From positions 187,041 to 211,040 of the forward strand of contig BA000048.1 of assembly GCA_000270325.1 (NCBI GenBank): a DNA stretch of 24,000 nt, written 5' to 3'. Made by a program: the position numbers and the translations under genes. The DNA comes from Candidatus Caldarchaeum subterraneum. Lineage in GTDB: Archaea > Thermoproteota > Nitrososphaeria_A > Caldarchaeales > Caldarchaeaceae. Below are positions 1-9,217 of this stretch, piece after piece (the first letter of the stretch is position 1; every line of letters starts with the position of its first letter). The notes beneath the pieces were generated by a model that saw only the letters and a list, made by a program, of their open reading frames with translations, was not told the origin of the DNA and did not search any database.

Positions 1-23
1 ATCATCCCAGCTACTTTTTCTAA

Positions 24-98
24 TGCCGGGGGTGGGATTCGAACCCACGGCAACGGGATTATGAGCCCCGCACTCTGGCCAGGCTGAGTTACCCCGGC
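24..98 (-). tRNA. tRNA-Met (anticodon CAT), probably elongator, intronless
   Basis: Minus strand reads GCCGGGG-TA-ACTC-AGCCTGGCCA-GAGT-G-CGGGG-CTCATAA-TCCCG-...-GTGGG-TTCGAAT-CCCAC-CCCCGGC-A. All four arms fold; the anticodon loop is CTCATAA. A CAU-anticodon Ile tRNA cannot be fully excluded by eye. Confidence 0.93.
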
Positions 99-159
99 TG
101 TCCATATACTTGAAAAAGGTGGAGAATATTTATATGCTTATTCTCGGTGTGGGTGTTGG

Positions 160-912
160 TTGGCGGAGTTTCGTGTTGTGAGGCTGTTCCGTTATCCTGT
201 CAAGTCTCTGCTGGGTGAAGAGGTTGCGGATGTTGATGTTTCTTTTGAAGGGTTTGATGGTGACCGGTTGTTTGCGGTTGTGGACCCCGTCACGGGATAC
301 GCTCTCTCAGCCAAGGGAGAACCGCGTCTCCTCCAAATAGGAGCGACTCTGGTGGATGGCGAGCTTGGACTGATTTTTCCAGATGAAGTGGTTCGCGACA
401 ACTATGATGAGAAGTTGACCAACTTTCTCCGACGACCTGTGAGACTTCGCCGTAACACAGGCACTTCACTGCGCTTTAGAGGACTTGAAATAGATTTTGA
501 AAAGGGAGTTGTTTTCGAGAAAACAGGTGAGACACGTGAAACACGTTTTCACGACTCGATGCCCATCCATCTAATCAACCTAAGAACCCTCGAGAAAATG
601 GGACTCAGCATAGACGAAGCTGCCCGCTTCAGGCCGAACATCGTTTTCTCAGCGGAACAGAATGATGAGAGCCTTGTAGGAGGCTATCTCGACACCGGTG
701 AAGCGCTCCTGAAAATAGTGAAGCCAACACGACGATGTATAGTCATAACACATCAACAGAAGAACTTGAGCAGAAACCTTGACCTGCTTAGAACACTGAG
801 AGCAAACAGTGAAGGCAGGTTCGGCCTCTACGCCACTGTTGTCAAGCCCGGAAAAATAAGCGTCGACGCCAGGTTAAGGTTTTATCCCGCCGAAACACAT
901 CACACCACGTAG
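160..912 (+). CDS. MOSC-domain protein (YcbX-like, N-terminal beta-barrel plus MOSC)
   Basis: 250-aa ORF starting MAEFRVVRLFRYPVKSLLGEEV, with FDGDRLFAVVD, FRPNIVF and GDTGEALLKIVKPTRRCIV-type motifs typical of MOSC proteins. The TAG stop at 910-912 directly abuts tRNA-Gly. Confidence 0.85.
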   Translation: MAEFRVVRLFRYPVKSLLGEEVADVDVSFEGFDGDRLFAVVDPVTGYALSAKGEPRLLQIGATLVDGELGLIFPDEVVRDNYDEKLTNFLRRPVRLRRNTGTSLRFRGLEIDFEKGVVFEKTGETRETRFHDSMPIHLINLRTLEKMGLSIDEAARFRPNIVFSAEQNDESLVGGYLDTGEALLKIVKPTRRCIVITHQQKNLSRNLDLLRTLRANSEGRFGLYATVVKPGKISVDARLRFYPAETHHTT

Positions 913-986
913 CGGCCGTGGTCTAGCCTGGTAGGACACCAGCCTTCCACGCTGGTAGTCGCGGGTTCAAATCCCGCCGGCCGCAT
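913..986 (+). tRNA. tRNA-Gly (anticodon TCC)
   Basis: GCGGCCG ... CCAGC-CTTCCAC-GCTGG ... CGCGG-GTTCAAATC-CCG... CGGCCGC-A. Acceptor, anticodon and T arms all pair. Confidence 0.95.
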
Positions 987-2010
987 TAGCGGGCAAAGCT
1001 TTTACAATGTGCATAGGGGAGAAGATTGGGGGTTGGTTGGCTGGTGGGAGTCTTCCTCGTCTCCTTAGGTATTCTTCGAGTCGTCTTTTCTTCCGCTCTA
1101 TCGTGAATCCTACCCAGTTGTAGAAGGTCTCGTTGGAAGGCATTCGTATCCGTAGGTAATAGTAGTCTTTGTTGTGATGGTATGTCTTTCCTTTTTTCGG
1201 GTCTTTGAAGGATGTACCTCCTCGCGTTTTTATCTTCGGAGTGTCTGAAGTAGTCTCTATGCCGAGTTTCTTCAGGAGGTACATGACGTATAATAGCAGT
1301 TGATAGTCAGTATTGTACACGGTCATGGCTCCACGTTTATCAACGCACCCCTCGCTGTCAAAGAACCCTCTCAGAAACATAGCAACACATCGTTCGGAGT
1401 ATTCAACAAAGGGCCTAATCCTGTCGATGTCAATAGGCTTCTTAAACAACTGGTAGAGAACCTTAGACCTTATCCGGACAACCCATCTACCATCCTTGTT
1501 TGGCTTCGGTTCCGGCGCGTCTCTGCCAAGAACCCTCGCTATCCTCGTAGCATATTCATCGGCAAACTCCTTGTCCTTAACCTTAAGACCTATAATATAC
1601 TTTTCTCCTCTTGTTCCCTCATCTGTTTTCGTAGCATAGGCATCACCAGCTTCAGTTCCTATGAGATATGCGAGGTCTTCTGTTGGTTGTAGAAGCTCAA
1701 TGGAGCCGATGTATATACCGTTGTATGGCGAGTGAATTCTACGTACCCAGTAGCTACAATTGCTTTTCCCTATCTTGACTCCAAGCCTCCTCTCCACTTC
1801 ATCGATTATCTGTGTATACGACAGCCCCTCCTCATGAAGCTGCTGAACCAAATCGAAGGCCTCCATCCTCAGCTCTCTCAGAGTATACCTTCCCCCTTCT
1901 TTGGCGCCCTCGCCCTTGCCGTCCACCGCCGGGCCAACGATGGACACCACAGAATCATCAATCAGCCTCTCGTAAGAGAGATTGGGGTTTATCATGATGA
2001 TGAGGATCAA
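967..2010 (-). CDS. LAGLIDADG-family homing endonuclease-like protein, with a probable N-terminal HTH segment
   Basis: 347-aa ORF with two LAGLIDADG-like motifs (LAYLIGTEAGDAY and MFLRGFFDSEG), preceded by a helical segment (LVQQLHEEGLSYTQIIDEVERRLGVKIGKSNCSYWVRR). The 3' end overlaps tRNA-Gly antisense. The true start may be the internal ATG at 1995. Confidence 0.85.
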   Translation of the reverse strand: MILIIMINPNLSYERLIDDSVVSIVGPAVDGKGEGAKEGGRYTLRELRMEAFDLVQQLHEEGLSYTQIIDEVERRLGVKIGKSNCSYWVRRIHSPYNGIYIGSIELLQPTEDLAYLIGTEAGDAYATKTDEGTRGEKYIIGLKVKDKEFADEYATRIARVLGRDAPEPKPNKDGRWVVRIRSKVLYQLFKKPIDIDRIRPFVEYSERCVAMFLRGFFDSEGCVDKRGAMTVYNTDYQLLLYVMYLLKKLGIETTSDTPKIKTRGGTSFKDPKKGKTYHHNKDYYYLRIRMPSNETFYNWVGFTIERKKRRLEEYLRRRGRLPPANQPPIFSPMHIVKALPANAAGGI

Positions 2011-2306
2011 ACAATTAGGTCGAGATAAGTCTTTGAAGGTATCTTGATGGAGAGAAGTGGATAAACAGTATTTCGGCCTCTACAATCTTATCAGGTTTTT
2101 AAAGGGTGTTGATAGGCTGGGTAAAAGGTGATTAGGTTATTATTTAGTAAAAATCCTGAGAAGAATAGTCCTTATCCTATCATTATAGTAAGTAGGGTTA
2201 GGGATACGGAGATAACACTATACCAAGCACCAAGAATAGAAGATTAGATGAATTTGAGTCCGACAGGGAGTAAGCTTAGACCGCTCGAAAAACTTTGACT
2301 GGATAA

Positions 2307-2316
2307 CTTTTAAAAC
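2307..2316 (+). promoter_or_regulatory. TATA-like box upstream of the glycosyltransferase gene
   Basis: cttttaaaac lies 24-33 nt upstream of the ATG at 2340, the spacing expected for a leaderless archaeal transcript. Confidence 0.5.
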
Positions 2317-2339
2317 ACATGATGTGTTTCTGGTGTCGC

Positions 2340-3689
2340 ATGAGGATGCTTGTTTGTTCTCAGACGCCTCTTGTGCGGTTTTTGGGCGATGGTTGGGCTG
2401 GGCAAGAGTTTGTTGATGTTTCGAGGTTGGTGGAGGGTGTTGACTTTATCTTTTCTCCGGGGGGAGTGACGCGTATGGTATATCCGCTTATTATGCGTCT
2501 GGTTGAGAATGATGTGTTGGATGAGGGTCACTGGCTGTCTCTCAACACTAATGGGCCGCGTCAAGCTATTCTGGGACCTGTTAGACTTTATTTTGTTAAG
2601 CTTGGGGCTGAGGCTCTGAGAGGCTACGGCGCGGCCAAGGAGGAGATGTGGAAACTGCTTCACGGAGTCCAGGATGAGCGGCCATTATCTCTTCTCGAGC
2701 TGGCGTGGACAGATGAATATGCTTACTACAATTTGTATAACAGGGTCTGCAGCGAGACAGCCTTAGCCCTCGACAGAGAGCTAGACTTCGACCTGTTCTA
2801 TATTCACGATTTTCAGCAACTACCCATGGGTGAGATGATGGGTACCTTGAAGCCGAAGCTTTTCAGATGGCACATACCGTTCAACGAGGAAGCAATACCG
2901 CCTGAGTGGTCAGGGTTTCTCGGCAGATATCTAAACGCATACGACGCCGTGGTCGTCAGCTCGAAAAGCTACATGGAGACGCTTCTTAAAAGAGGCTATG
3001 TTGGCAGAGCCTTCTACGTCTATCCCTACATAGACACCTCCCAATACGGTACACCGACGAAGAGCGATTTGCAGCAATTCGCCGACAAACACGGGCTAGG
3101 CGAAGATGATGGAGTCATCTCGATAGTAGCCCGGCTGGACCCGCTCAAAGGCCATGACCGAGCGTTAAAGGCTTTGGCCAAGGTTGTAAAAACACATAAC
3201 GTCAAGCTACTCATAGTGGGTAACGGCAGCTTCTCCAGCTCGAAAAAGGGGCTTGGACTCTCAAAGGGTGAGGCCTGGAGAACTTATCTTCAAACTCTTG
3301 TGAAAAACCTTGGGCTTGAGAAGCATGTGATATTCACGGGCCATGTTAGCCAGAAAGAGCTGGAGTGTGTCTATACGTTGTCGGATTTTACGGTGTTGCC
3401 GTCGGTGGCTGAGGGCTTTGGGCTGGTGGTGGTTGAGAGCTGGCTCTTCGGCAAGCCCGTGGTTGTGAGCAAGGCGGCCGGAATAGCTGAGCTGATTGTA
3501 GACGGTGTAAACGGTTACCTTGTTGGACCCGATGACGTGTCGGGTTTGGCGGATAGGATGAGAACTTTGCTGGAGAATCCTTCTTTGACAGAGGAGATGG
3601 GAAAAAACGGACGTGAAACGGCGAAGCTCTGTTCTCTTGAAAGGAGCCTTGAGGAGGAGAAAAGAATTATCGAGGAGGTGGTGGGATGA
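2340..3689 (+). CDS. GT4-family glycosyltransferase, trehalose-synthase (TreT)-like
   Basis: ORF track gives 2319 as start, but ATG 2340 (MRMLVCSQTPLVRF) fits the TATA spacing. Contains VARLDPLKGHDRALKAL, HVIFTGHVSQKELECVYTLSDFTVLPSVAEGFGLVVVESWLFGKPVVVSKAAGIAELIVDGVNGYLV (GT-B/GT4 nucleotide-sugar motif), and an FDLFYIHDFQQLPMGEMM segment reminiscent of TreT-type enzymes. Confidence 0.82.
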   Translation: MRMLVCSQTPLVRFLGDGWAGQEFVDVSRLVEGVDFIFSPGGVTRMVYPLIMRLVENDVLDEGHWLSLNTNGPRQAILGPVRLYFVKLGAEALRGYGAAKEEMWKLLHGVQDERPLSLLELAWTDEYAYYNLYNRVCSETALALDRELDFDLFYIHDFQQLPMGEMMGTLKPKLFRWHIPFNEEAIPPEWSGFLGRYLNAYDAVVVSSKSYMETLLKRGYVGRAFYVYPYIDTSQYGTPTKSDLQQFADKHGLGEDDGVISIVARLDPLKGHDRALKALAKVVKTHNVKLLIVGNGSFSSSKKGLGLSKGEAWRTYLQTLVKNLGLEKHVIFTGHVSQKELECVYTLSDFTVLPSVAEGFGLVVVESWLFGKPVVVSKAAGIAELIVDGVNGYLVGPDDVSGLADRMRTLLENPSLTEEMGKNGRETAKLCSLERSLEEEKRIIEEVVG

Positions 3690-4453
3690 TATCTCTCGAG
3701 TTACCTGAGCTCACAGCCATAGTGACCCAGCTCACCATGGTAGCCATTATGCTTCTCGTAACAGCTTTTGCGGCGCGGCTAATTTCCTCCGTCATAAGAC
3801 GGCTGCTGTTTAAAGCACCTCCTCTAATAAACGAGCAGATATCCAGAGGGGCGTCAATATTCATCTGGCTGGTTGGGCTGCTGTTCATAGTTAACCAGCT
3901 CGGCCTCAACCTCGACATCCTGCTTCTTCTCATGGGTTTAGCGGGAGTGGCTGCCATAATCGCAGCACGCGACATTCTTAGCAACATCTCATCAAGATAT
4001 CTCATCGGCAGCTTCATACCTTTCAACGTAGGTGACGAGATGCAGGTTTCCAGCTTTAGGGGTAAGGTAGTGGAGATAAACCCTGTGGCGTCTCTGCTGC
4101 TATCGGAGGAGGGGACATTAGCTGTTGTCCCCAACTCTGTTCTCCTGAAGGAGATATCTCTTAACCTGTCGCCCTATGCCTCGCGACGTATCACAATATC
4201 GGTTCATGTTCCCCAAGAAGTCAATGTGCCAGACGCGGAGGCCGAGGTCCTCAAACTCTGCAACAAATACAGGAGCAAGCTTGACCAGCGTTTCCCCCCG
4301 CTCGTGTCCGTAAAGAGCAGTGGGCAGGCGGATGTGGTGCTGGAGCTGGTCTTGTTAGCCGCCCAGCCTGAGAAAAGAAACGAGCTCGCCGCCGAACTGG
4401 GAGCCAAAATATCGGAGCTCATGGAGAAAATGCGGATGTCGCAGCGTAAATAG
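3686..4453 (+). CDS. MscS-family small-conductance mechanosensitive channel
   Basis: Three hydrophobic segments, then LLLMGLAGVAAIIAARDILSNISSRYLIGSFIPFNVGDEMQV...GKVVEINPVASLLLSEEGTLAVVPNSVLL, a classic MscS TM3/beta-domain signature. The ATGA overlap with the upstream gene suggests translational coupling. Confidence 0.9.
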   Translation: MISLELPELTAIVTQLTMVAIMLLVTAFAARLISSVIRRLLFKAPPLINEQISRGASIFIWLVGLLFIVNQLGLNLDILLLLMGLAGVAAIIAARDILSNISSRYLIGSFIPFNVGDEMQVSSFRGKVVEINPVASLLLSEEGTLAVVPNSVLLKEISLNLSPYASRRITISVHVPQEVNVPDAEAEVLKLCNKYRSKLDQRFPPLVSVKSSGQADVVLELVLLAAQPEKRNELAAELGAKISELMEKMRMSQRK

Positions 4454-4507
4454 CGGCCACTGCAGAGGGTATGGTAAATAACGCGGCTTCTACACAGGTT
4501 ATCGGGG

Positions 4508-5395
4508 TTGTCGGCTCCCGAGCCGTTGTTCAGAGCAGGCGAGGTGGCGAGAAGGATAAGGATGGCTATCCCCTCATTAGTTTCTCCGGGGGCTAGCCTG
4601 CTTCAAATCGCCGAGCAGGTGGAGAAGATGATTCTGGACAACGGGTGTCAGCCCGCTTTCCCCTGCAACGTTTCCGTAGACAGTGTAGCGGCCCATTACT
4701 CTCCCATCCCAGGAGACACCTCGACTCTACACCGCAACTTCATAGCCAAAATTGATTTCGGAGTCATGGTGGATGGATACATCGCCGACACAGCCGTAAC
4801 TGTCACAGACACAGCAGTTGGCGAGATGCTGAAAACAGCCGTCGAGGAGGCTCTGAAAGCAGCTGTAAAAACCGTTGCAGCGGGAGTGAAGGTCTCGGCG
4901 ATAGGCTCGGTGGTGCAAAATGTGTTGACACGTTATGGGGTTAAGCCGATACGCAACCTGACAGGGCATGAGATTCAGCGATACAACCTGCATGCAGGAG
5001 TATCCATCCCAAACATCGCATCAGGCGAGGGAGCGAAGCTTCAGGAAGGACATGTATACGCCATCGAGCCTTTCGCAACAGTTGCAGATGGTTTCGGAGA
5101 AGTGATAGAACATAGAACCGCGACAATATTCCGTCTGTGGAAAACTTTCGCAGGCCAGGTTTCGTCCCCCGAGTCGAACCTTTTGAAAACTTTGTCAGAG
5201 AGGTTTAACGGCCTCCCCTATAGCCCGAGATGGCTAACCGACTTGGGCCCCGACGCCTTGTCTATCCATCAGCGTCTGGTCAAAACAGGTAGGGTCAAAG
5301 CTTATCCAGTGTTGGTTGAAAGACTGAATAAACCTGTGGCGCAGGCGGAGCACACTGTTCTGGTGGAGAAAGACGGCTGCACCATAATCACTTAG
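4508..5395 (+). CDS. map: Methionine aminopeptidase, type II (archaeal/eukaryotic type)
   Basis: 295 aa; FPCNVSVDSVAAHYSPIPGD, AKIDFGVMVDGYIADTAVTVTDT, NLTGHEIQRYNLHAG, EGHVYAIEPFATVADG and HRTATIFRLW match M24A metal-ligand motifs. Confidence 0.93.
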   Translation: MSAPEPLFRAGEVARRIRMAIPSLVSPGASLLQIAEQVEKMILDNGCQPAFPCNVSVDSVAAHYSPIPGDTSTLHRNFIAKIDFGVMVDGYIADTAVTVTDTAVGEMLKTAVEEALKAAVKTVAAGVKVSAIGSVVQNVLTRYGVKPIRNLTGHEIQRYNLHAGVSIPNIASGEGAKLQEGHVYAIEPFATVADGFGEVIEHRTATIFRLWKTFAGQVSSPESNLLKTLSERFNGLPYSPRWLTDLGPDALSIHQRLVKTGRVKAYPVLVERLNKPVAQAEHTVLVEKDGCTIIT

Positions 5396-5609
5396 ACTCC
5401 TTTTTCTCAGGAACATAGATGTTGATTATCCTGCTTCTAGTGCCGCCGCATTTGGGACATTTCTCATCCTCAACAATCTTCAAAACATAATCGTTTTCCC
5501 TGAAAGGCCTAGAGTTTTCGACGCCGCAATTAAGACATTTAAGAAACGTAAGAGGTTCAGGCATCTTCTCTCTGGAGCGTCCACCCATCAAAATCGATGG
5601 CTCACTCAT
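5388..5609 (-). CDS. Small zinc-ribbon protein
   Basis: 73 aa with CLNCG...CPKCGG (two CxxC knuckles). Starts within an ATGA overlap with the end of the upstream gene. Confidence 0.6.
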   Translation of the reverse strand: MSEPSILMGGRSREKMPEPLTFLKCLNCGVENSRPFRENDYVLKIVEDEKCPKCGGTRSRIINIYVPEKKESK

Positions 5610-6754
5610 CCCAAACCCACCCCGATTGTGTTACCTATGCCTGCGACAACCACCGACTCGCCGCTCTTGACCTTTTCGAGAATCAATTGCTTAACCTTCT
5701 CAAGCACCTGGTCAGCTGCTTTGGCGATGGATTCACGCATAGGCGTTATGGCCTCGGTGATGGATTGGAAGATTACGAAAGCATATAGAGGGATGCCGCG
5801 GCTCTTCGCCAACTCCTCTATCTTGTACTTGTCCACTCCGGGTCCTCCAATCGCTACACCCACTCCCTCAGCAATTTTACCCGTCTCCTCACCCTCTAGC
5901 TTGAGCGCCGCATCGATGGTTATGATGAGCTTCGGGTTTTCAGGCAGCCGCTCCACAAGCTGTTTAACCCCTTCCCCTGGTCTTCCCACCGTCCCACCAG
6001 GCCCAATAGCTCTGACAACATAGACCTTCCTGTTCTCAAGCTCAATCTCCTGAACAACCGTGTCCTTAGCAATCTCATACCTCTCCTTCTCCATCCCATT
6101 CACAAGCTTTGCAGCAACAAGAGGCCCAACACCGTCACCTATTGGCTGCCCCTTGCTAAAGGCCACAGCCGCCTGCCTATAAGATTCCGCTATCTCAATA
6201 ATCTGTGGAAGAACCATCTGAATCTGTAAAACCATGTAGATGTTTGCTGTCTTCTTACCTAGGAGGTAGTAGTGGCGGACGACGCGGTAAATTGTGTTGA
6301 TTCCCCTGAGAACTTCTACAAGGTTTGTCAACGACTTGACCTGATGCTCTGTCGCATGTGGAGCCAGCTTGGCAACCTCCTGCTCATAAACTGACTCACC
6401 CGTCTCGAGGATATGTTCCAGTTTGTAGACCAAGCCGTAGGGGTCCATGGACTCGGGCTGGATTATGAAGAACTCGCTCAGCCTGTTTATGTCCGGTGCT
6501 GGGTCTTTCTCAGGCTTACCAACTCGTTTAATTGTCTCGACCGTTATCTGGTTAATTTCGTCCTTGATCAGCTTGAGCTTGTTCAGCTTCTTCTCAAGAT
6601 CCCGCAGCATGTAGGAGAGCTGCATACGCTGCCCAAACGATGGATAGAGGAAGAAAATCATCAAAAAAGCGAACCAAACAAGCGACAGTAACAGCGATAA
6701 AATGTTGTCTCCACCTGTCGACGGGTTCAGCAACGCAGCAAAGAGCACAGTCAT
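5606..6754 (-). CDS. DUF1512-like archaeal membrane-anchored protein of unknown function
   Basis: 382 aa; one N-terminal TM (ILSLLLSLVWFAFLMIFFLYPSFGQRMQ), a helical domain, and a C-terminal domain with LIITIDAALKLEGEETGKIAEGVGVAIGGPGVDKYKIEE and VVVAGIGNTIGVG. Family name is from memory. Confidence 0.65.
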   Translation of the reverse strand: MTVLFAALLNPSTGGDNILSLLLSLVWFAFLMIFFLYPSFGQRMQLSYMLRDLEKKLNKLKLIKDEINQITVETIKRVGKPEKDPAPDINRLSEFFIIQPESMDPYGLVYKLEHILETGESVYEQEVAKLAPHATEHQVKSLTNLVEVLRGINTIYRVVRHYYLLGKKTANIYMVLQIQMVLPQIIEIAESYRQAAVAFSKGQPIGDGVGPLVAAKLVNGMEKERYEIAKDTVVQEIELENRKVYVVRAIGPGGTVGRPGEGVKQLVERLPENPKLIITIDAALKLEGEETGKIAEGVGVAIGGPGVDKYKIEELAKSRGIPLYAFVIFQSITEAITPMRESIAKAADQVLEKVKQLILEKVKSGESVVVAGIGNTIGVGLG

Positions 6755-6777
6755 TTCCCTGCACGTCTCAACATTAT

Positions 6778-8598
6778 TTATTTATTAAGCTTATTTGAGT
6801 TCATCAAACTTGGTTCTCCCTTCTTTTTCCTCTGCCTCTTTCTGGCGAAGGGTTTGACATGCTGGGCGAGGCGTCTGCTAATCTCGTCTATTTTATCGCT
6901 GCATCTCCTGAGAAGCTCCTCATATAGGCTGAGGCTTTGCTCAAGGCTTTCTTGAAAGCTTGTCTCTCCTCTCTCGATTTTCGCCATATAGTCTTCTACA
7001 AGCCGCCTCGTTTCCGGCGTTATAAGCCGTGTGTCGGCCTCGGCTAAAGACTCTATCAGAGCCATTCCCAGCGGCGTCGGTTTGAAAAACCGGCCAGCCC
7101 TCACGGCGTAGTTGCGCTCAGTTATCAGCTGGGGGAAGGATGCGCGTGTCGCGTCGGTGCCTATGCCGTTTTTCTCCATCAGCCTCAAGAGGTCGGCCTC
7201 GGTCAGGCGTGGCGGAGGCTTCGTCTCATCTTCCCGTATCGTCACGTCGATTATCTGAAGCTTTTCACCGACCATGAGCTCCGGAAGCGGCTTATCGCGA
7301 GGCCGGAAATATGAAAAGACCTGCAGGTAACCTTGTTTAGTGACCGACGAGCCCTCGGCTGAAAAGGCTATCCCGTCGATGCCTATTTCGGCTTTGGCGG
7401 TTGATTGAACAGCGTCGTCGAAGAAGGCGTTGGCATAGAAGCGACATGCTATGTATTCCCATATCTGCATCAAAACGCCCGAGCCGCGGAAGGTGGCCAC
7501 GGGATAGATAGGTGGGTGCGCTCCATCGTCTCTTGACCCGTTACGTGGGTCAGGCTCGGCTTTATCGGGTTTTGCATCACGCAGGGCATCCGCTGCTGTT
7601 ACCGCTTTGAGAGGTGTTTGGAAGTCGAAGCCCCGTCTATACCTGTTTGTATCGGTTCGCGGATAGCTGATGTATCCCTCGGCGTAAAGCTCCTCCATCA
7701 TGGACAGCAGCCTGTTAGCCGAAACCCCCGTTATCCTCGTCAAATCTCTAAGCACGTCATCGGTCCTCATCGGCAGCGGCCTCGGCAGAGTTTTCTCGGA
7801 CTTGGTATAGGATGTAACAACAGCTTCACCGGCTTTCCGAGCTTTCTCGAAAACCTGCTCAGCCTCGTCCCTGTTCCATATCTGCTGTGTCGCGGCCTTG
7901 AATTCTTCTCCGCTAGCCTTCCTCAGAGTGGCTTCTATAACCCAGTATTTCTGCGGTTTGAATTGCTGTATTTCCTTCTCTCTTTCGACGACGAAGTTTA
8001 GGGTGGGTGTTTGGCATGAGCCCCAGCTAATCACCCTAACAGGTGCAAGTCGGCGCGTCGACAAGGTCAGCAACCGTGTGAAGGCGGCGCCCGTGACGAG
8101 GTCGAAGATTTGGCGGAAACGGGCCTTCTCAACCCAGCGCATGTTAAGTCCTTTCTCAAGGTTTCTAAGGCTGGCGAAAAGCTCACGGCGGTCAACTGAG
8201 TTAAAACGCATCCTGTAGACAACGGGTTCGCCGCCGGTGACGCGGCGGTAAACCTGTAAAATTTCATATCCGATGAGCTCACCCTCGGAGTCGTTGTCCG
8301 TCGCTATCACCAGCACTCCTCCTCCGCTGAAAACTTTCACAAGCTGCTCAAACACGCGATTGTCCGAGATTTTGTCAACAACCTTCCTCAGCTTGATTAT
8401 TTCGAATGGATGTTTCGCACCCCATTCGTAGCCATCTGGCAGATCAGCCTCCATCATATGGCCCCTAACAGATGAGACGACGGCGTTGGCCTTGGCGGCG
8501 GAGACCACGGCCTTTATTGCACGGGCTACGCTGGCCTTCTCGGCCACTATAATCAGCTTCTCGCCATCCATGGTGTCTTTGTCTGATGTGCTTGTCAT
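6778..8598 (-). CDS. topA: DNA topoisomerase type IA
   Basis: 606 aa with TOPRIM (LIIVAEKASVARAI ... LVIATDNDSEGELIGYE) and catalytic-Tyr motif (LYAEGYISYPRTDTNRY), plus LMEKNGIGTDATRASFPQLITERNYAV. No C-terminal Zn fingers; ends in a basic tail (RKRQRKKK). Confidence 0.95.
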   Translation of the reverse strand: MTSTSDKDTMDGEKLIIVAEKASVARAIKAVVSAAKANAVVSSVRGHMMEADLPDGYEWGAKHPFEIIKLRKVVDKISDNRVFEQLVKVFSGGGVLVIATDNDSEGELIGYEILQVYRRVTGGEPVVYRMRFNSVDRRELFASLRNLEKGLNMRWVEKARFRQIFDLVTGAAFTRLLTLSTRRLAPVRVISWGSCQTPTLNFVVEREKEIQQFKPQKYWVIEATLRKASGEEFKAATQQIWNRDEAEQVFEKARKAGEAVVTSYTKSEKTLPRPLPMRTDDVLRDLTRITGVSANRLLSMMEELYAEGYISYPRTDTNRYRRGFDFQTPLKAVTAADALRDAKPDKAEPDPRNGSRDDGAHPPIYPVATFRGSGVLMQIWEYIACRFYANAFFDDAVQSTAKAEIGIDGIAFSAEGSSVTKQGYLQVFSYFRPRDKPLPELMVGEKLQIIDVTIREDETKPPPRLTEADLLRLMEKNGIGTDATRASFPQLITERNYAVRAGRFFKPTPLGMALIESLAEADTRLITPETRRLVEDYMAKIERGETSFQESLEQSLSLYEELLRRCSDKIDEISRRLAQHVKPFARKRQRKKKGEPSLMNSNKLNK

Positions 8599-8601
8599 CT
8601 G

Positions 8602-9141
8602 TTACTCGCCGCGCCTTAGCATAGATATCATTTTCTTCATCGACGTGTCTATTCTGTATTCTTGTGGTGTTTGAACAGCGACTATTCTCGCCCCCGTCGC
8701 CAAGTCAGCCACATGCAACACACATCGCGAGTATCCTATCTTCTCCGCTTTTCTCGCCACACCCATGGTAATGGCTGGCGCGGAAATCACCATCCTTCCG
8801 GCAGAACCTGTGACGACAGGCTTCTTCACGGGCCCCGCACCTACATAGTCAACGTCGCATCGGTCGACTTCGACGACACGTGGCTGAGCAAGCTCAGCGG
8901 CTTGCGACAGGTCCTGAATTTGAAAGAAATCGTCAGCCTTCACCAGAAACCCCTCCACAGGAGTTCCCGTATACATCCATTCTGGAGGCTGCCGCATCCT
9001 AAAAACCACATCCTCGCCCTCAAGCGTAGACAAGGTAAAAAAGTAAACAACACCATCAGAAACAGCCCTAGCCACCAACCCCGAAACATAGCCCTTAACC
9101 CATCTCCCCGCCGCAGAAGGCTGCCTAGCCACCAACCCCAT
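8602..9141 (-). CDS. Conserved-looking hypothetical protein, possibly with a beta-rich/OB-like N-terminal domain
   Basis: 179 aa beginning MGLVARQPSAAGRWVKGYVSGLVARAVSDGVVYFFTL, about 3 nt upstream of the topoisomerase ORF on the same strand. No family confidently recognised. Confidence 0.6.
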   Translation of the reverse strand: MGLVARQPSAAGRWVKGYVSGLVARAVSDGVVYFFTLSTLEGEDVVFRMRQPPEWMYTGTPVEGFLVKADDFFQIQDLSQAAELAQPRVVEVDRCDVDYVGAGPVKKPVVTGSAGRMVISAPAITMGVARKAEKIGYSRCVLHVADLATGARIVAVQTPQEYRIDTSMKKMISMLRRGE

Positions 9142-9217
9142 CCTAAACCAAACAACCTACATAAAAACCCCCAAACCGGCAAACACCTTAAATCAAGCCA
9201 TGAAAAACGGTTACCGC

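Noticed and set aside
1993-2030. Possible C/D-box sRNA (tcatgatgatgagg)
   Set aside because: A C-box-like TGATGA is present, but no D/D' CTGA boxes at suitable spacing or closing stem were seen. It also coincides with the endonuclease start region.
2310-2663. 117-aa minus-strand ORF
   Set aside because: Antisense to the glycosyltransferase 5' end, with Thr/His/Pro-rich content typical of a mirror ORF.
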